DNA from: Octopus vulgaris
Taxonomy: Eukaryota
Assembly: GCA_951406725.2 (NCBI GenBank)
Contig: OX597815.1
Span: forward strand, 104,470,001-104,534,000
Length of the DNA stretch: 64,000 nucleotides
Direction of reading: 5' to 3'
The translations under genes were made by a program, and so were the position numbers. Under the pieces are notes generated by a model. It made no database searches. It was not told the DNA's origin and saw only the letters and a program-made list of their open reading frames with translations. Position 1 is the stretch's first letter. Each line of letters opens with the position of its first letter. Positions 1 through 12,059 of the stretch are shown here, piece by piece.

Positions 1-239
1 TCATGTAAATATGCAATATATATGTTTTTCTGAATGAGGTTCTTTATTAGATATTTTATATCTGTCACATGGATTTTATTAACAATACAAAATAAAAATA
101 AATAACAAAAATTGGAGACAGGACAACCACAATGAGAAAAAAATGTATAACAAAAATGTATCTAAATAATACTGCTAGAATTATTTCATTTTTTTTTTTT
201 CATAAATATCAAAGCCTATTTTGCAATCATATTTTGAAA

Positions 240-600
240 TTAAGATCTTTAACATTATGGAATAAATTCGAAAGTTATGCTTTCAATAACCTGAACTATG
301 TGACAAAACTGAAACCATAATCAAAATATTTAACATTCTGAAACAGTTTTGAGTATTATGCTTTAAACAATTTTCAGTATGGAAAGGAGTCAGAAATATA
401 ATTGAAACTTTTAAAATAATAAAACAAATTCATGTGTTACACCTCAAACAATCTTAACTGTAGATTGAAATTGAAGGTATAATCGAAATTTCTAACAATT
501 TCAAACTAGTTCAAGTTTTACACTTTCAACGAGCCTAACTAAAGAAATAAATAAAACACAGTTGAAATTATTAACATAATGAAACAATGTTATGAAGAAC
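240..600. repeat. Degenerate tandem repeat, period 81 bp, about 4.5 units
   Basis: Motif TTA(TG/CA)C(T/C)T(T/C)..A recurs at 275, 356, 437 and 518, exactly 81 bp apart; each unit is preceded by a TAACA/TAAAA..AAAC-like block. Confidence 0.7.
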
Positions 601-1177
601 TATAAATTTATGCATCCAAAACAGAAACAAGAACACTTTTAAAACGTAGAATTTTCATAGATCCTGCTAGTTATTATCTTTCTTAAACATGATTTGAGAA
701 AACACAATAGTTTCTATTTTTGAAAAATAAATTAGGTACAACTTAGAAAACATAAAAATTTCTGGCTAGTGACTTCATCTGAGAGTGTTTGTTGACATTG
801 AAGCAACTACATCATGAAAAGAGTATTTAATTAAACATAAACTGTTAAAATCACTTTAAATTTAAATTTATTTCATGAGGTGTCAAATTTTCAATCACAC
901 AACTGTGACCTGGTCACTGACATCAGTTCAAAAGTTATGCCATAATATTTAAACATCTTAGTATTGATATTGTTTACAATGTGCCTCTCTCTATCTTTGT
1001 AAGTGATCTGTCAATATCATTACAGAAGTGGTTCTGCATCATTCCAGTTGTACTAATTACAAATGGAATCATAGATGTGTTTCTTAATTGCCATAATGTG
1101 TTTAATTCACTTAAGTTTGTGTTCATCTTCATCATCATCATCATCACCACCACCACCACCACCACCACCACCAGCTA

Positions 1178-2403
1178 TTGGATCATTCCAAAAATAATGC
1201 TGCTTTTTCAGTTGCATGAAGGGAGACAGGAGGAGAATAGGATAAACTACCTGCATCAACTTGCTATAAAAACAAGTTGTAATTTAACCTTGTGCTTATT
1301 CTTAATGAAAGTTTTGAAGTGTGCAGTTTGATTTTAACAGTTATATTTTCAAAGCTACAATGAAAGTGATAAAGGAGCATATTCAGTATATTTTGCATTA
1401 TGAGTTCAATAAAGGCAACAATGCAATGGAATGTGCAAAGAATATTAAGGCAGTATATGGGAATTGGACAATAAGCATAAGCCAGTATCAACAGTGGTTT
1501 CAGAAATTCCAAGTCGAAACTACAGCCTAGAAGATGAGCCTCATCCTGGAAGATCAGTAGAGCTTGATGAGGACATCCTGCAAATGCTGGTGGAACAAAA
1601 TCCCATCATAACTGTCAAGGAACTAGCAGAGAAATTTGGATTTGGTCATTCAACCATTCATCAGCACCTGTGTGCCATTAGAAAAGTCAGCAAATTGGGT
1701 CAATGAGTTCCTCACTTTCTGAGTCTAATCACACACAGGGAATGAATGTGTGCCTTCTTTGCTGTCATGTCTCACAAATGAGTTCTCTATAAAAGACAAT
1801 GGATAGGGTAAGGAGAAATGCTGGCACCCCAGACTAAAGAAGGTCTTCACCCACATAAGGTATTGTTATCTGTTTGGTGGGATATAAAAGGTTTAGTCCA
1901 CTTTGAATTTTTAAAACCCAAACCAAATGATAACAAAGGAGATCTACTGTGAATGGCTTGAGCAGCTTATATCAGCGCTAGAAGAAAAACAGCCATCTTT
2001 GGTTTCAAGACGAAAGGTATTCTTCCATCAGAATAACACTTAGCCACATACAGAGAGGATGACATTCCAAAGCCTGGAACATTTTGAATGGACAACGATG
2101 CCCCACCCACCATATTTGTTGGACATTGCCCCATCTGATTATCATTTATTCCACAGTCTTCAAAATCATTTGAATAGGAAAAATATGAATTCTGCAGATG
2201 AGGTAGAACAGTACTGGAGAAGTATTTTTCATTGTGGACAAGTGAATTTTGGAAGAGAAGCCTTGCAAGTCTACTAGATAGATGGAAGAGCATTGTAGAA
2301 AATGAAGGAAAGTATATTTTAGATTAAAAAAAGAACTTTGTTTATCTTAATTTTGAAAAATAAAAGAAGTATAAAAAACTACATTATTTATGGGAAGACC
2401 CAA
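1178..2403 (+). mobile_element. Near full-length decayed mariner (DD34D) DNA transposon
   Basis: Imperfect TIRs ttggatcattccaaaaataatg (1178) and cattatttatgggaagacccaa (ends 2403), TA on both sides (1176-77, 2404-05); about 1.23 kb. Confidence 0.9.
1360..2327 (+). pseudogene. Mariner transposase pseudogene (frameshifts, stops, internal deletion)
   Basis: MKVIKEHIQYILHYEF N-terminal HTH, LEDEPHPGRS, Q*VPH (WVPH motif), PHPPYLLDIAPSDYHLF (YSPDLAPSDYHLF motif), C-terminal WKSIVENEGKY. Confidence 0.9.
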
Positions 2404-2429
2404 TACATTACAGATGAGTTTGTCTTGTG

Positions 2430-4330
2430 TGGATGATGGAGTGTGTAATCAAACAATGAAGACATCTTTTGAGCAAGACATGTCAAAAGGAATCAATCCA
2501 GTAATGATGATGAAATCTAAAGTACAAATTTAATGGATTCAATAGAGACAAAAGTGCTCACATAGCTTTTGTTTATGTAAGTCCACCACTCTCAACAGCC
2601 GTGTTTTACAGTTATACCAACTGAATGAACTGAACAAGTGCTATGCAAATGCAGATTTTTGAGGCTATGTGGATTTTTGAGCTAAACTAAAGCTATCTTT
2701 GAAGATGACAGAATGCACTATTGCGTATTGGATGCAAATTTCTATCTCAAGTTTACTTTGGCCATGGCAGTGAAGGTACTTGATCAATAATTTCCAGAAT
2801 TTTGCTAATGAGTATGTCAAAGACCCTTTCAGAGAACAAGATACAGTTGATTTTTTTCTAGGTCATGTTAATTTTCCAGCCAACATGGGACACACACACA
2901 GCAACATCCATATAGTTTTTAGGAATTACGGCACAATAATCAGCATAATTGAAGTCAGTGATGGTGAAATCTCATTCCACAGTATCACTTGAGAAATCCA
3001 TTGAGCATGTTTTGTGATCCAGTCAAAGGCATAGTGGAAGGGTATTAGAGATGGAACATAGTCCTAGCTGGAAAGCTGAATAAAGTTTGAAGAACTTGGA
3101 TCCCTCTTCGTAATAGCAAATATTTTATCTGTGATCTAGATATTCCAGAAAACATTGTAATCAGCAGAATCAAAAACTGCTGTGAAGTCCACATAACAAG
3201 TAATGGTTCAATGGTAGTCATTATGACATTGTCCAACAACCCTTCAAAGAGTGAAAAATTTGATATGTACAGCCTTGGCTCTGCTGAAAACTACACTGAT
3301 TTGGTCATGTGCACCAAATCAAGGTTATGTTGAAATCTTTCTAGTAGAATAATCCTGAATGACATGACCACAATGTCTATCAAATTATGCCTTAGTAATT
3401 TCTACGTTAACACTTATTACTCTTCTTGAAGCAAAGGAGGAAAACAACACTAACCTTGTGGAAGAGATTCCATGTCATAGAATCAAATCACAGTGCAGCT
3501 GTAGAGCCAAGACATTTAAGCAATTTTTGAAGATTTCAACGGTTAAACCCTCTTCAGACATTGTTCTTCAGATTTTAGATAGCTTTATGCACCTCCTTGA
3601 TGGTTGGTGCATCTGGATTGCATGCACGGAGAATGATATCTTTAGAGTACATGCACAGCTGATTAGTAGAGGAATCATGGTTGAATAGGTTCACAAAATG
3701 GTCATACCAATGACTGTGATGATCAGCTTTTAATATAACTGCTTTAAACATCAAGGAGTATTGGTCTTGTTGCTTTCCATGATTTTAAAAAAAAATCTGA
3801 TGCAGTTTTTGTGAGTCCTAAGAGTAATATTATGTTCCATATCTTGAGTGGCAGCACATTAGAATTCATTGTGATCAGCATAGACAGAACAGATTATTTG
3901 CCTCCATAAGAGTTGATTGTGGCTCCACTACTTTATAACAAATTCTGTTACACAGCCTGATATCCAGTTTTTTTAACTACATCTGGTATAATTTAATTCT
4001 TGAGTTACTACTTCTTACAAGTGATGCTAGAAATTGTTCCATTATTTTTCAGCAGTAATTTAGTTTGTGCAGTGTATCCAAGCTACTGAAGAGGTTTTGC
4101 AATTCAAGTTGAAAGCATGTGGTCTGAATTACTATATTTTAGCTTCACAGTATCATATTTTGGTGACCTTTTACATGGTTTCTAACTTCAGAAGACATAT
4201 AATTTTGCTACCTGGGCTCTTTCATACTATGGTAAGATCAGCTGTTACATACACCATTGGCCCAGCAAGAATGAAGGAAACCTTCAATTTGAATGGTTGT
4301 AAAACCATTGTTCAAGTAATATATATTATG
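2430..4330 (-). mobile_element. Old, heavily decayed RTE-like LINE (APE endonuclease end plus RT)
   Basis: Minus-strand fragments *KSPG..SDH (endonuclease C-terminus, ~4230-4110), WYDHFVNLFN..PTIKEVHKAI*NLKNN..GLTVEIFK (~3710-3520), ITDFNYADY (YADD-like, ~2960-2935). Confidence 0.65.
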
Positions 4331-5099
4331 ATTTTTGACATTTTCTTTTGCATGGAGGATGGTGCTTAAATAAGTATTACTAATTGGCATGTTGCATCAA
4401 AGTTTACTAAAATTTCCTCATCAGTGCAATGATCCTCATCTATAATTTTATTGTAATAACAAATAACAATAACAAAGGTGAATTTGAAACTAGTAAAAAT
4501 TGATATATTACTATTAAACAATAGTACTAGAAAACAATGCTTAACCTTTGTTTTTCTTAGAACAGTGTTCTTCACAAACTGTTCTAATATCATCTGGTTA
4601 TAATCCTCATCATCCTCACTCAGACTAAAACGATCAGAAAAGTGCTTAGACACACATTCTCTCTCTCTTTCTCTCTCCCCTGTCTCCCTCTCTCTCTCCC
4701 TGTCCCCCTGTCTCTCCCTGTCTCTCTCTCTGAAAAGAGGCATCAATCTAAACACTATAGGATATCTATTATTGGGGTAATTCTAACTCTAAAATAGAAA
4801 TAATAACATAGTTGTGAGAGCAGTAGTAGTAACAGTTAAAATCAATATGTGATAAAGAAATTGTTGAAACAGTGGTGGAAAGTAATGGAATGAAAATACA
4901 AATAATTAATTTTTTAATCTTGTGTATACAAAAAACATAATTATATTTTCACGAAAATGTGTAAAATAAATATACATTTGTGTTTATGTGTTGGAGTACA
5001 TAATATAAATATTATCACCATTGACAAATTAATTCTGAGTATGTGCACACATGAATGTATATATACACATGATTTGTGCCTGCTTATGTAAACCTGATG

Positions 5100-5140
<41 letters not shown>

Positions 5141-5221
5141 CATGCATGCATACATACATATATATATATATGTATGTATACACATATAACACTTAATGTT
5201 TGTTTTTATGTTTAGTTGTAA

Positions 5222-5440
5222 TAAGGTTTCAAATTTTGCTGCAAGGACAGCCATTTTTGGGGGAAGGGATGTGTCGATTAAATTGATCCCAGTGTTCAAC
5301 TGGTACTTAATTTATCAACCCTGAAAGGATAAAAGGCAAAGTCAACCTTGGTGGAATTTGAACTCAGAATATAGTGATGAGCAAAATACCACTAAGCATT
5401 TAGCCCGGCATGCTAATGAGTCCGCCGGCTCACCGCCTTA
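5222..5440 (-). mobile_element. tRNA-derived SINE, family A
   Basis: Minus strand ggcggtgagc head, B-box gagttcaaattcc, central gactttgcctt..atcctttc.gggttgataaattaagtaccag; four other copies in the window. Confidence 0.85.
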
Positions 5441-5494
5441 AATGTTTAGTTTTAATATTATAATAAAGAAATAATTTTACATTAATATAAGAGG

Positions 5495-6250
5495 TTACTC
5501 AGTACTTTTGTAGAGTACCAAATTTATTATTCTTAAACAAGAATAGTGTTGACAGCGACTTTGAAGTTTTGGCTAACACACACACACACATTTCTTAAAC
5601 AAAAAAATGTTGTTGATAGTGACTTTGATGTTTTGGTCAGCTAAGTCACTGAAAGACTGTGACGCATTACAGTTAGTCTTGCTTTTATATTGTCTCTGTT
5701 AAGTTAAAAATCATCTTTGGGTATGTTTGTTTGAGTGGGATGGTAATTAGATTTTTATGGTAAGTTGTTATGGAAATATATTTTGAAAAAATTTTAATTG
5801 ATTAAATTTGGTGTTATGTTATTGTCTAGTAGTTATCCATGCATGTAGAACTTTGTAAACAAACCTGCAGGTATTTCTCTTCTGTTTAGTAGGCACAAAG
5901 TGCGATGGTATTTTTGTCAGTTTTGGTATAATGGGAGTCTAGTACTTAAGCCTTTAGTAATTGGGTGTGTCAACTTTTATTTCAAAAGGATGTAAGTAGG
6001 TAGCTGGTCCTGTCTTTACTAGTTGATATTTAAGGTTATTAGTTAGGTATGTTAAGGCTTTGTTGGTATATAGAAATTATTTCTCTAGTGCTTTGATGTT
6101 TACAAAAATATTTGAGTAAAGGTTGTATGTTTATTGTGTTTCTCTCAAGGTGTTCATTATTTTATAAGCAACTTAATTAGTATATAGGGATTTTAAACTT
6201 CCTGTATTGTGGAGGTAGAGTTTGATTAGTGTTTGTTTATAAAATTTCTG
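5495..6250 (-). mobile_element. Decayed Penelope-like element 3' part (GIY-YIG C-terminus plus tail)
   Basis: Minus strand has xTLCLL (CxLCLxEK-like) near 5900; tail 5500-5640 is partly tandem-duplicated and homologous to 37860-37945; eroded GAAA-cg-TC-like HHR half near 5625-5640. Confidence 0.4.
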
Positions 6251-6744
6251 AAGTGAGACTGATATAGAAGGTGTGTATAAAAATGGGAACAAAACTATAA
6301 TATTATTTAATCTAAAAAAAAAAAAAGCTTGCACATAGGGAAAAGATAGAATGGCCATGATTAGAATAACTTCGATCATACATCTGACTGGTCAGGGCTG
6401 ACTTGGAGTTAAACAACAACTACTTCATAACTGTCTTGAAAGCGTCTACTACATCACCTTACTCCTCTTTGAAGTCATTATCTTCAGAATATAATCAATG
6501 TACACAGTTTATGACTCTGACAATCTTTCGGAGTCAATGCTGGTCATCACCTAATCACCCGTGCTGGACCTAATAATTTAGCATTTATGCTTCATGGCAA
6601 ATCACTGTGGCTTTGGCTCACTCTTTGACATCACTAATTGATGTTCTGCAGTATGACTTTATCTACTTACTCCTATACTTATAATTGCCTTTAAATTATT
6701 TATCTTAAAGGTGCAAAAGATATTTTCAAATATCTTCATGTGAA

Positions 6745-7845
6745 TAGCACGGGTTGGATGGTTCGACCGGGGTCTGGGAAGCCAGAAGGCTGCACCAGGC
6801 TCCAGTCTGATCTGGCAGTGTTTCTACAGCTGGATGCCCTTCCTAACACCTACCACTCCGTGAGTGTAGTGGGTGCTTTTTATGTGCCACCAGCACAGGT
6901 GCCAGGGGAGGCTGGCAGCAGCCACGATCGGTTGGTGCTTTTTACGTGCCACCGGCACAGAAGCCAGTCAAGGCAGCGCTGGCATCGGCCACGTTCGGAT
7001 GGTGCTTTTTACGTGTCACCGGCACAGGTATCACAACTACTATTTCCATTTGATATTTATTTCAATGTTTATGTACTTGACTCAATAGGTCTCCTCAAGC
7101 ACAGCAGGTCATGTGCCACTGGCACAGAAGCCAGTCAAGGCAGCGCTGGCATCGGCCACGTTCAGATGGTGCTTCTTACATGCTGCCGGCACAGGTGTCG
7201 TAACTACAATTTTCATTTGATATTTATTTTGATATTGATGTACTTGACTCAATAGGTTTCCTCAAGCACAGCAGGTCACTCTACGATCCAAGGTAAGCAC
7301 AGCAGGTCGTTCTGCAATCCAAGGTACTTTGAATGGGCTGGGGCTATGTGAAACTGGTGCAGGAAGCAGTCCGGGTCTTTGCAGTCACAGCATATCTCCA
7401 GAGATCTCGGTTCTTCGTCATTGTCTCTGTGAAGCCCAACGCTCGGAGGTCATGCTTGACTACCTCATCCCATGTCTTCCTGGGTCTACCTTTCCCTTGA
7501 TACCTTCAACTGTTTGGGAGTGGCACTTCTTCACACATCTCTCCTCATCCATTTGCAGTACATGACCATACCATCGCAAGCGACTCTCTTGCACACCACA
7601 TCTGATGCTTCTTATGTCCAGCATTTCTCTCAGGGTGCTTACATGCTGTCGTGTGTGCACACTGACATTACACATCCAGCGGATCATGTTAGCTTCATTT
7701 CTTTCAAGTCTACACATGTCCTCTGCAGTCACAGCCCATGTTTCACTACCGTGAAGCATGACGGTTCGCACACATGCATCATACAATCTACCTTTCACTC
7801 TGAGCGAGAGACCCTTTGTCACCAGTAGGGGTAGGAGCTTTCTAA
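6745..7845 (-). mobile_element. 5'-truncated RTE LINE (ORF C-terminus plus 3'UTR with ~60-bp internal repeats)
   Basis: ORF 7460-7822 KGRLYDACVRTVMLHGSETW..RLRWYGHVLQM..; UTR shared with other copies. Confidence 0.9.
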
Positions 7846-7854
7846 TATATATAT

Positions 7855-8392
7855 ATATAAAATTTAATAAGGGTAGAAATTGATATTAATCAATTAAAAC
7901 CAGTGGCCTAGCATATTAAAAAAATTCGAAGATTAAAATATTTTTACATACAAAATTTAAAGGACTGACCACTAAAAGTAATGGTTAACATGCTAGATAT
8001 AGACGTCAAATCACTATTTTCCACAAAGAATATGTTCTCAAATAAAAATCCAGCATGAACCAAAGTATTAAAAATAAGCAAGACAAATGAAAATATACGA
8101 AATAAAAATGATTACCTATGTACCGATCAGTTTCGATTCTTATTATCCTCGCATGTGGATACCCGCAATCTCCTCAGCATAGTTTGTCATATAGAAATAC
8201 AATTTGCAAACTGATTGGTACATAGGTAATCATTTTTATTTCGTATATTTTCATTTGTCTTGCTTATTTTTAATACTTTGGTTCGTGCTGGATTTTTATT
8301 TGAGAACATATTCTTTGTGGAAAATAGCGATTTGACGTCTATATCTAGCATGTTGACCGTTCACTTTTAGTGGTCAGTCCTTTAAATTTTGT

Positions 8393-8394
<2 letters not shown>
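7855..8394 (-). mobile_element. PLE-like 3' end with tail-to-tail inverted duplication (arms 7948-8133 and 8208-8394)
   Basis: About 186-bp arms with few mismatches, (TA)n on both sides, HHR at the inner end of the left arm. Confidence 0.8.
8116..8182 (-). ncRNA. Type I minimal hammerhead ribozyme
   Basis: ctatg-CTGAGGA-gatt..aatc-GAAA-ctgatcgg-TA-catag: stem I ctatg/catag, stem II gatt/aatc, short stem III with palindromic GATC loop. Confidence 0.85.
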
Positions 8395-8432
<38 letters not shown>

Positions 8433-8674
8433 ATTTGTTCATAATATGTCCACTTCTTTTTATGCTGGAATGGGTTGGATGAAGGCAGTGTTTTACAGTT
8501 AGATTTCTTAGTTTTACATCAAGGGATTTTTATTCCACAAGCACAGAGATATAGGATGTGTTATTTGCATGGTATGTAACTATGATATCACCATTTTGCT
8601 CCCTGCATTGTTATGCGAGGACAAAAGCAATGTAAATATTTGAGAATATGTACACACACATATATGTACAATGT

Positions 8675-8840
8675 CCTCCATACAGTTCAGTTTACCAATT
8701 CCACTGAAAAGTTGAAAGTATAACCTGCATGAGTTTATAATAGAAGACACTTGCCCAAGATTCCCCACAGTGGGATAGAACCTGAAACCATGTGATTACA
8801 AAGCAAACTTTGTATCTACCCATCTATGTCTACACCTATC
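8675..8840 (-). mobile_element. tRNA-derived CORE-like SINE, family B (decayed)
   Basis: tatagaagacacttgcccaag..cagtgggatagaacc matches the copy at 9992-10140. Confidence 0.75.
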
Positions 8841-8852
8841 AATGCCTGCACC

Positions 8853-9090
8853 CAGTGGCGGACTGGCCAGGTTGCCAGCTTGTCTGATGGTAAGCGGGCT
8901 CCTGCATCATTAGAATACATATATGGGGGCCCAAGTTAGTATCTAAGGGGCCCATTCCCTCAAGTTTGAGAATTTTTTATTCACTCCTGGAAGAATGCAT
9001 TAATTATTTCAACCTGGCTGTGTTTGTCGACAGTTGAAAAAAATACTTTAAACAAAAAAAAAAAAATTAAATGATTGCATTGTAGTTGCA
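8853..9090 (+). mobile_element. hAT-like DNA transposon terminus
   Basis: Begins CAGTGGCGGACTGG followed by two GGGGCCC subterminal motifs; partner end not found. Confidence 0.45.
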
Positions 9091-9254
9091 GGTAGTCTCT
9101 TGGCAACTAATATGGCATTTCCCAGGGCTTATAGCAAATGAAATGACATTTGCGAAAGATACCACACAATGGGATTGAAACTTGACCTTGTTGCTGCGAA
9201 GCCAACTTCTTAACTATGTGGCTATAAGCATTTTTGTGTGTGTGTGGTATTCTT

Positions 9255-9430
9255 TTATTTGCTTTATTTTACTGCAGCCATGCTGGAGCACTGCCTTTAG
9301 TCGAACAAATCGACCCCAGGACTCATTCTTTGTAAGCTTACTACTTACTCTATTGGTCTCTTTTGCCGAACTGCTAAGTTACGGAGATGTAAACTCACCA
9401 ACATTGGTTGTCAAGCGATGGTGATGGGGT
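9255..9430 (-). mobile_element. SINE-like repeat fragment
   Basis: accaacattggttgtcaagcgatggtg end matches the reverse-oriented fragment at 36500-36552. Confidence 0.6.
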
Positions 9431-9554
9431 CAGACACAGTCACATGAACATATACATACATAATATATATAACAAAATAATATATAAATATATGCATATA
9501 TACATACATATACCTACATACCTACATCTATATGTATATATACATGCATATATG

Positions 9555-9990
9555 GGTACAGGACACCAAAAAAAAAAAAAAAACGTTGAACACAATGAGA
9601 AACGAAAACATTGAAAAGAAAAACATGGAAATTGACTTTTTTTTCAAACAATGAAAAAACAGAGTACAAGACATACAACACAAGGAATATTCCCTTTCTT
9701 CAGTTGTCCCTGTTTCAGCTACTCCGCGTTTCGAAGGTAAGGACAAGACGCGACTTCGTTGAAACAATCCTTCCCGCAAAGCAAATTAAATAAAATTTGG
9801 GATTTTTTGCGGAGGGGTAAAAGTGGTAACAAGAACAGGACAGTGAGAACAAAACAAGACCGTAAAATCAATACGAATAAAAACAGTAAAAGACAGGACA
9901 AGGAGAATAACACAGTAAAAACAAACGTTGAGGGTTGTTAAGTCGAGACAATGAAAAAATTATTTTGAACGCATTGAGAAGACGGCGACG
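9555..9990 (-). mobile_element. PLE-like 3' end carrying a rearranged hammerhead
   Basis: Homologous to 60625-60890 (cctgtt.ttgttacca..aaattttatt; 3' end cctgt.c.catatatgcat); minus-strand RRRLL..KIIF..TLN resembles a GIY-YIG ORF end. Confidence 0.7.
9692..9752 (-). ncRNA. Non-circularly permuted hammerhead ribozyme candidate
   Basis: cgcgTC-ttgtcc..cctt(c)-GAAA-cgcg..ggacaa-CTGAAGA-aagg; all three stems pair. Confidence 0.75.
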
Positions 9991-9991
9991 G

Positions 9992-10140
9992 GCTTCTTTC
10001 AGTTTCCGTCTACCAAATTCACTCACAAAGCTTTGGTCGACCCGAGGCTATAGTAGAAGACACTTGCCCAATGTGTCAAGCAGTGGGACTGAACTCTGGT
10101 AGGGAAGCAAGCTTCTTACCACACAGCCACACTTGCGCCT
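9992..10140 (-). mobile_element. tRNA-derived CORE-like SINE, family B
   Basis: Minus strand aggcgcaagtgtggctgtgtggt (A box), gttcagtccc (B box), ttgggcaagtgtcttctactatagcc core. Confidence 0.85.
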
Positions 10141-10396
10141 ATGTCCATTTATAATTACAATCGTCTATACACTGTGGGGGCTGATATTGTTGTCTGTTTC
10201 TCTTGTCAACAAATTGTCTAATAAGTCTAATAAGCCTTCGAAGTTGCATGGAATAACAGATCTCATACTTGAAAAACGGGTAAGATTTAGCGTCAGAAAT
10301 GGTATCTAGCTGTCAAACAGTGCTCTGGGTAACTAATTCGTTTAACTCACGCAAACATGGAAAAATTGGCATAAAATGAACAAACGTAAGTTTTAG

Positions 10397-10547
10397 GGTG
10401 ATCCTTCGGTATAGGTACTGTAAGTGGCTTTGTTTACATTTCTGAAGATAACAGAACACCCCTCCCCTAACCCGAACCCCCCCCCCATATATATATATAT
10501 AAAAAAACTTTCTTAAATGTATCCGGTACTTATACCGAAGTTACGCC
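10397..10547. mobile_element. Small MITE-like element
   Basis: Inverted repeat cttcggtataggtac (10404-10418) and gtacttataccgaag (10526-10540), 14/15 match; internal cctaacccgaaccc. Confidence 0.5.
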
Positions 10548-11450
10548 AGTTTTAGTCTTACAACAAACTTCTTGTGTCATTATTTAAAATAATAATGTCA
10601 TTTCCAACTGTCAAATATTTGAATTATATGAATATTAAAATTCTCAAATATTAATTGCCCGTTAAAAATATGAAGACTCCTTAGAAACTGATAATTAGTT
10701 AATGCAGAGCTCCATGATTTACAGGAGTTATTTTGTTTTTTGTTTGGCTTTAAATATCGAACGAACCTTTTTATTACACTTTATTTATTATGAAACCCAT
10801 TGTTGTTTCAGCTGTCAAATGATCCATTTAATATAATTCTAAGCTCTTCCCCGGCATCACTTAATAATTAATTTCTTGAAAGTTTCTTTTCAAAAAAACC
10901 CCCTAATTCATAATTCTTAGCAGCAAATTGTTTACTTAGTTGGTATCTTTAAACCACCTCCCCGAGTTTCTCTGCTAAAATCACTGTACACTCTTCTCGT
11001 GCGTGTTTATTTAAGTATGTGTACAGTGGTTGTTTAATATTTACATATCTGTACATGTATTTTTCTCTGTGTGTATGTGTGTAATATTAAAGTTATACAA
11101 GAATATATTCATGTGAAAGTATATATGCGTGCATGTATGTGAATGTGTTTACATAAATAAATGAGAAGTGAGCGATAAATTTTATATTTTATAATAAGGT
11201 AAACAGAGTTATACCCCTTATTTTAGAAAGCATTAACCCTAACTTACGCTGTTTACATTTCTATACTTGAAGTTGTGATCTAGTAGAATCGTTCTCGTGT
11301 TGCACAAAATGCATAGAAGCTTTTCTTTCAGTCCTTTACGTTCCGAGTGCAAATACAAAGAGTTTGTATACAATATATACAAACTCTTTGCATTCTAATT
11401 TTGTTCCTGTGGAGAAACTAATAATTTTTGTCGGTTTTAGCTTTTGTGTA

Positions 11451-11453
<3 letters not shown>

Positions 11454-11531
<78 letters not shown>

Positions 11532-11535
11532 TACA
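11454..11535. repeat. (CT)n-(CA)n compound microsatellite
   Basis: Seen directly. Confidence 0.95.
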
Positions 11536-12059
11536 CAAGCCCTTTTCCAGCCCCCACCCCCAATTAGTGGAAAGAAGTTATTCTCGGATCAGGAACTTGA
11601 CTTCAATGGTTGCAACAGAATGGTCCCTGCAAATGCACCAAAGAGAAAGTCTACCTTGTATTGTGTGTGAATACATTTATGTTCTTGTTAATATTAATAT
11701 AAGTGTCTTTAAGTTGAACTTTCAGGAATTTATATATACTATCATTATCATCATCATTATTGTTTTAATGTTCACTTTTCTATGCTTGCATGGGTCAGAC
11801 AGAATTTTCTAGAGCAGATTCTTTACAGCTGGATGCCCTTACTGTTTCAAAGCAAAGTAATATTTCTTCATAGCCACACCTGATTTCATGGAAAATTGGA
11901 AATGAAGGACACTTCTTGTATGACAACTACCATCTGATATCAACACAAGGAATCAGTAATACATATAAATACACATATATGGTGTGTATACACACACGCA
12001 CACACACTCTCTCTCTCTCTCACACACACACTCTCTCTCTCTCTCACACACACAAACAC

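Noticed and set aside
6740-7255. 171-aa plus-strand ORF (and similar ORFs at 14.6-15.3 and 16.8-17.3 kb)
   Set aside because: Antisense reading of the RTE 3'UTR repeats; frame not conserved between copies
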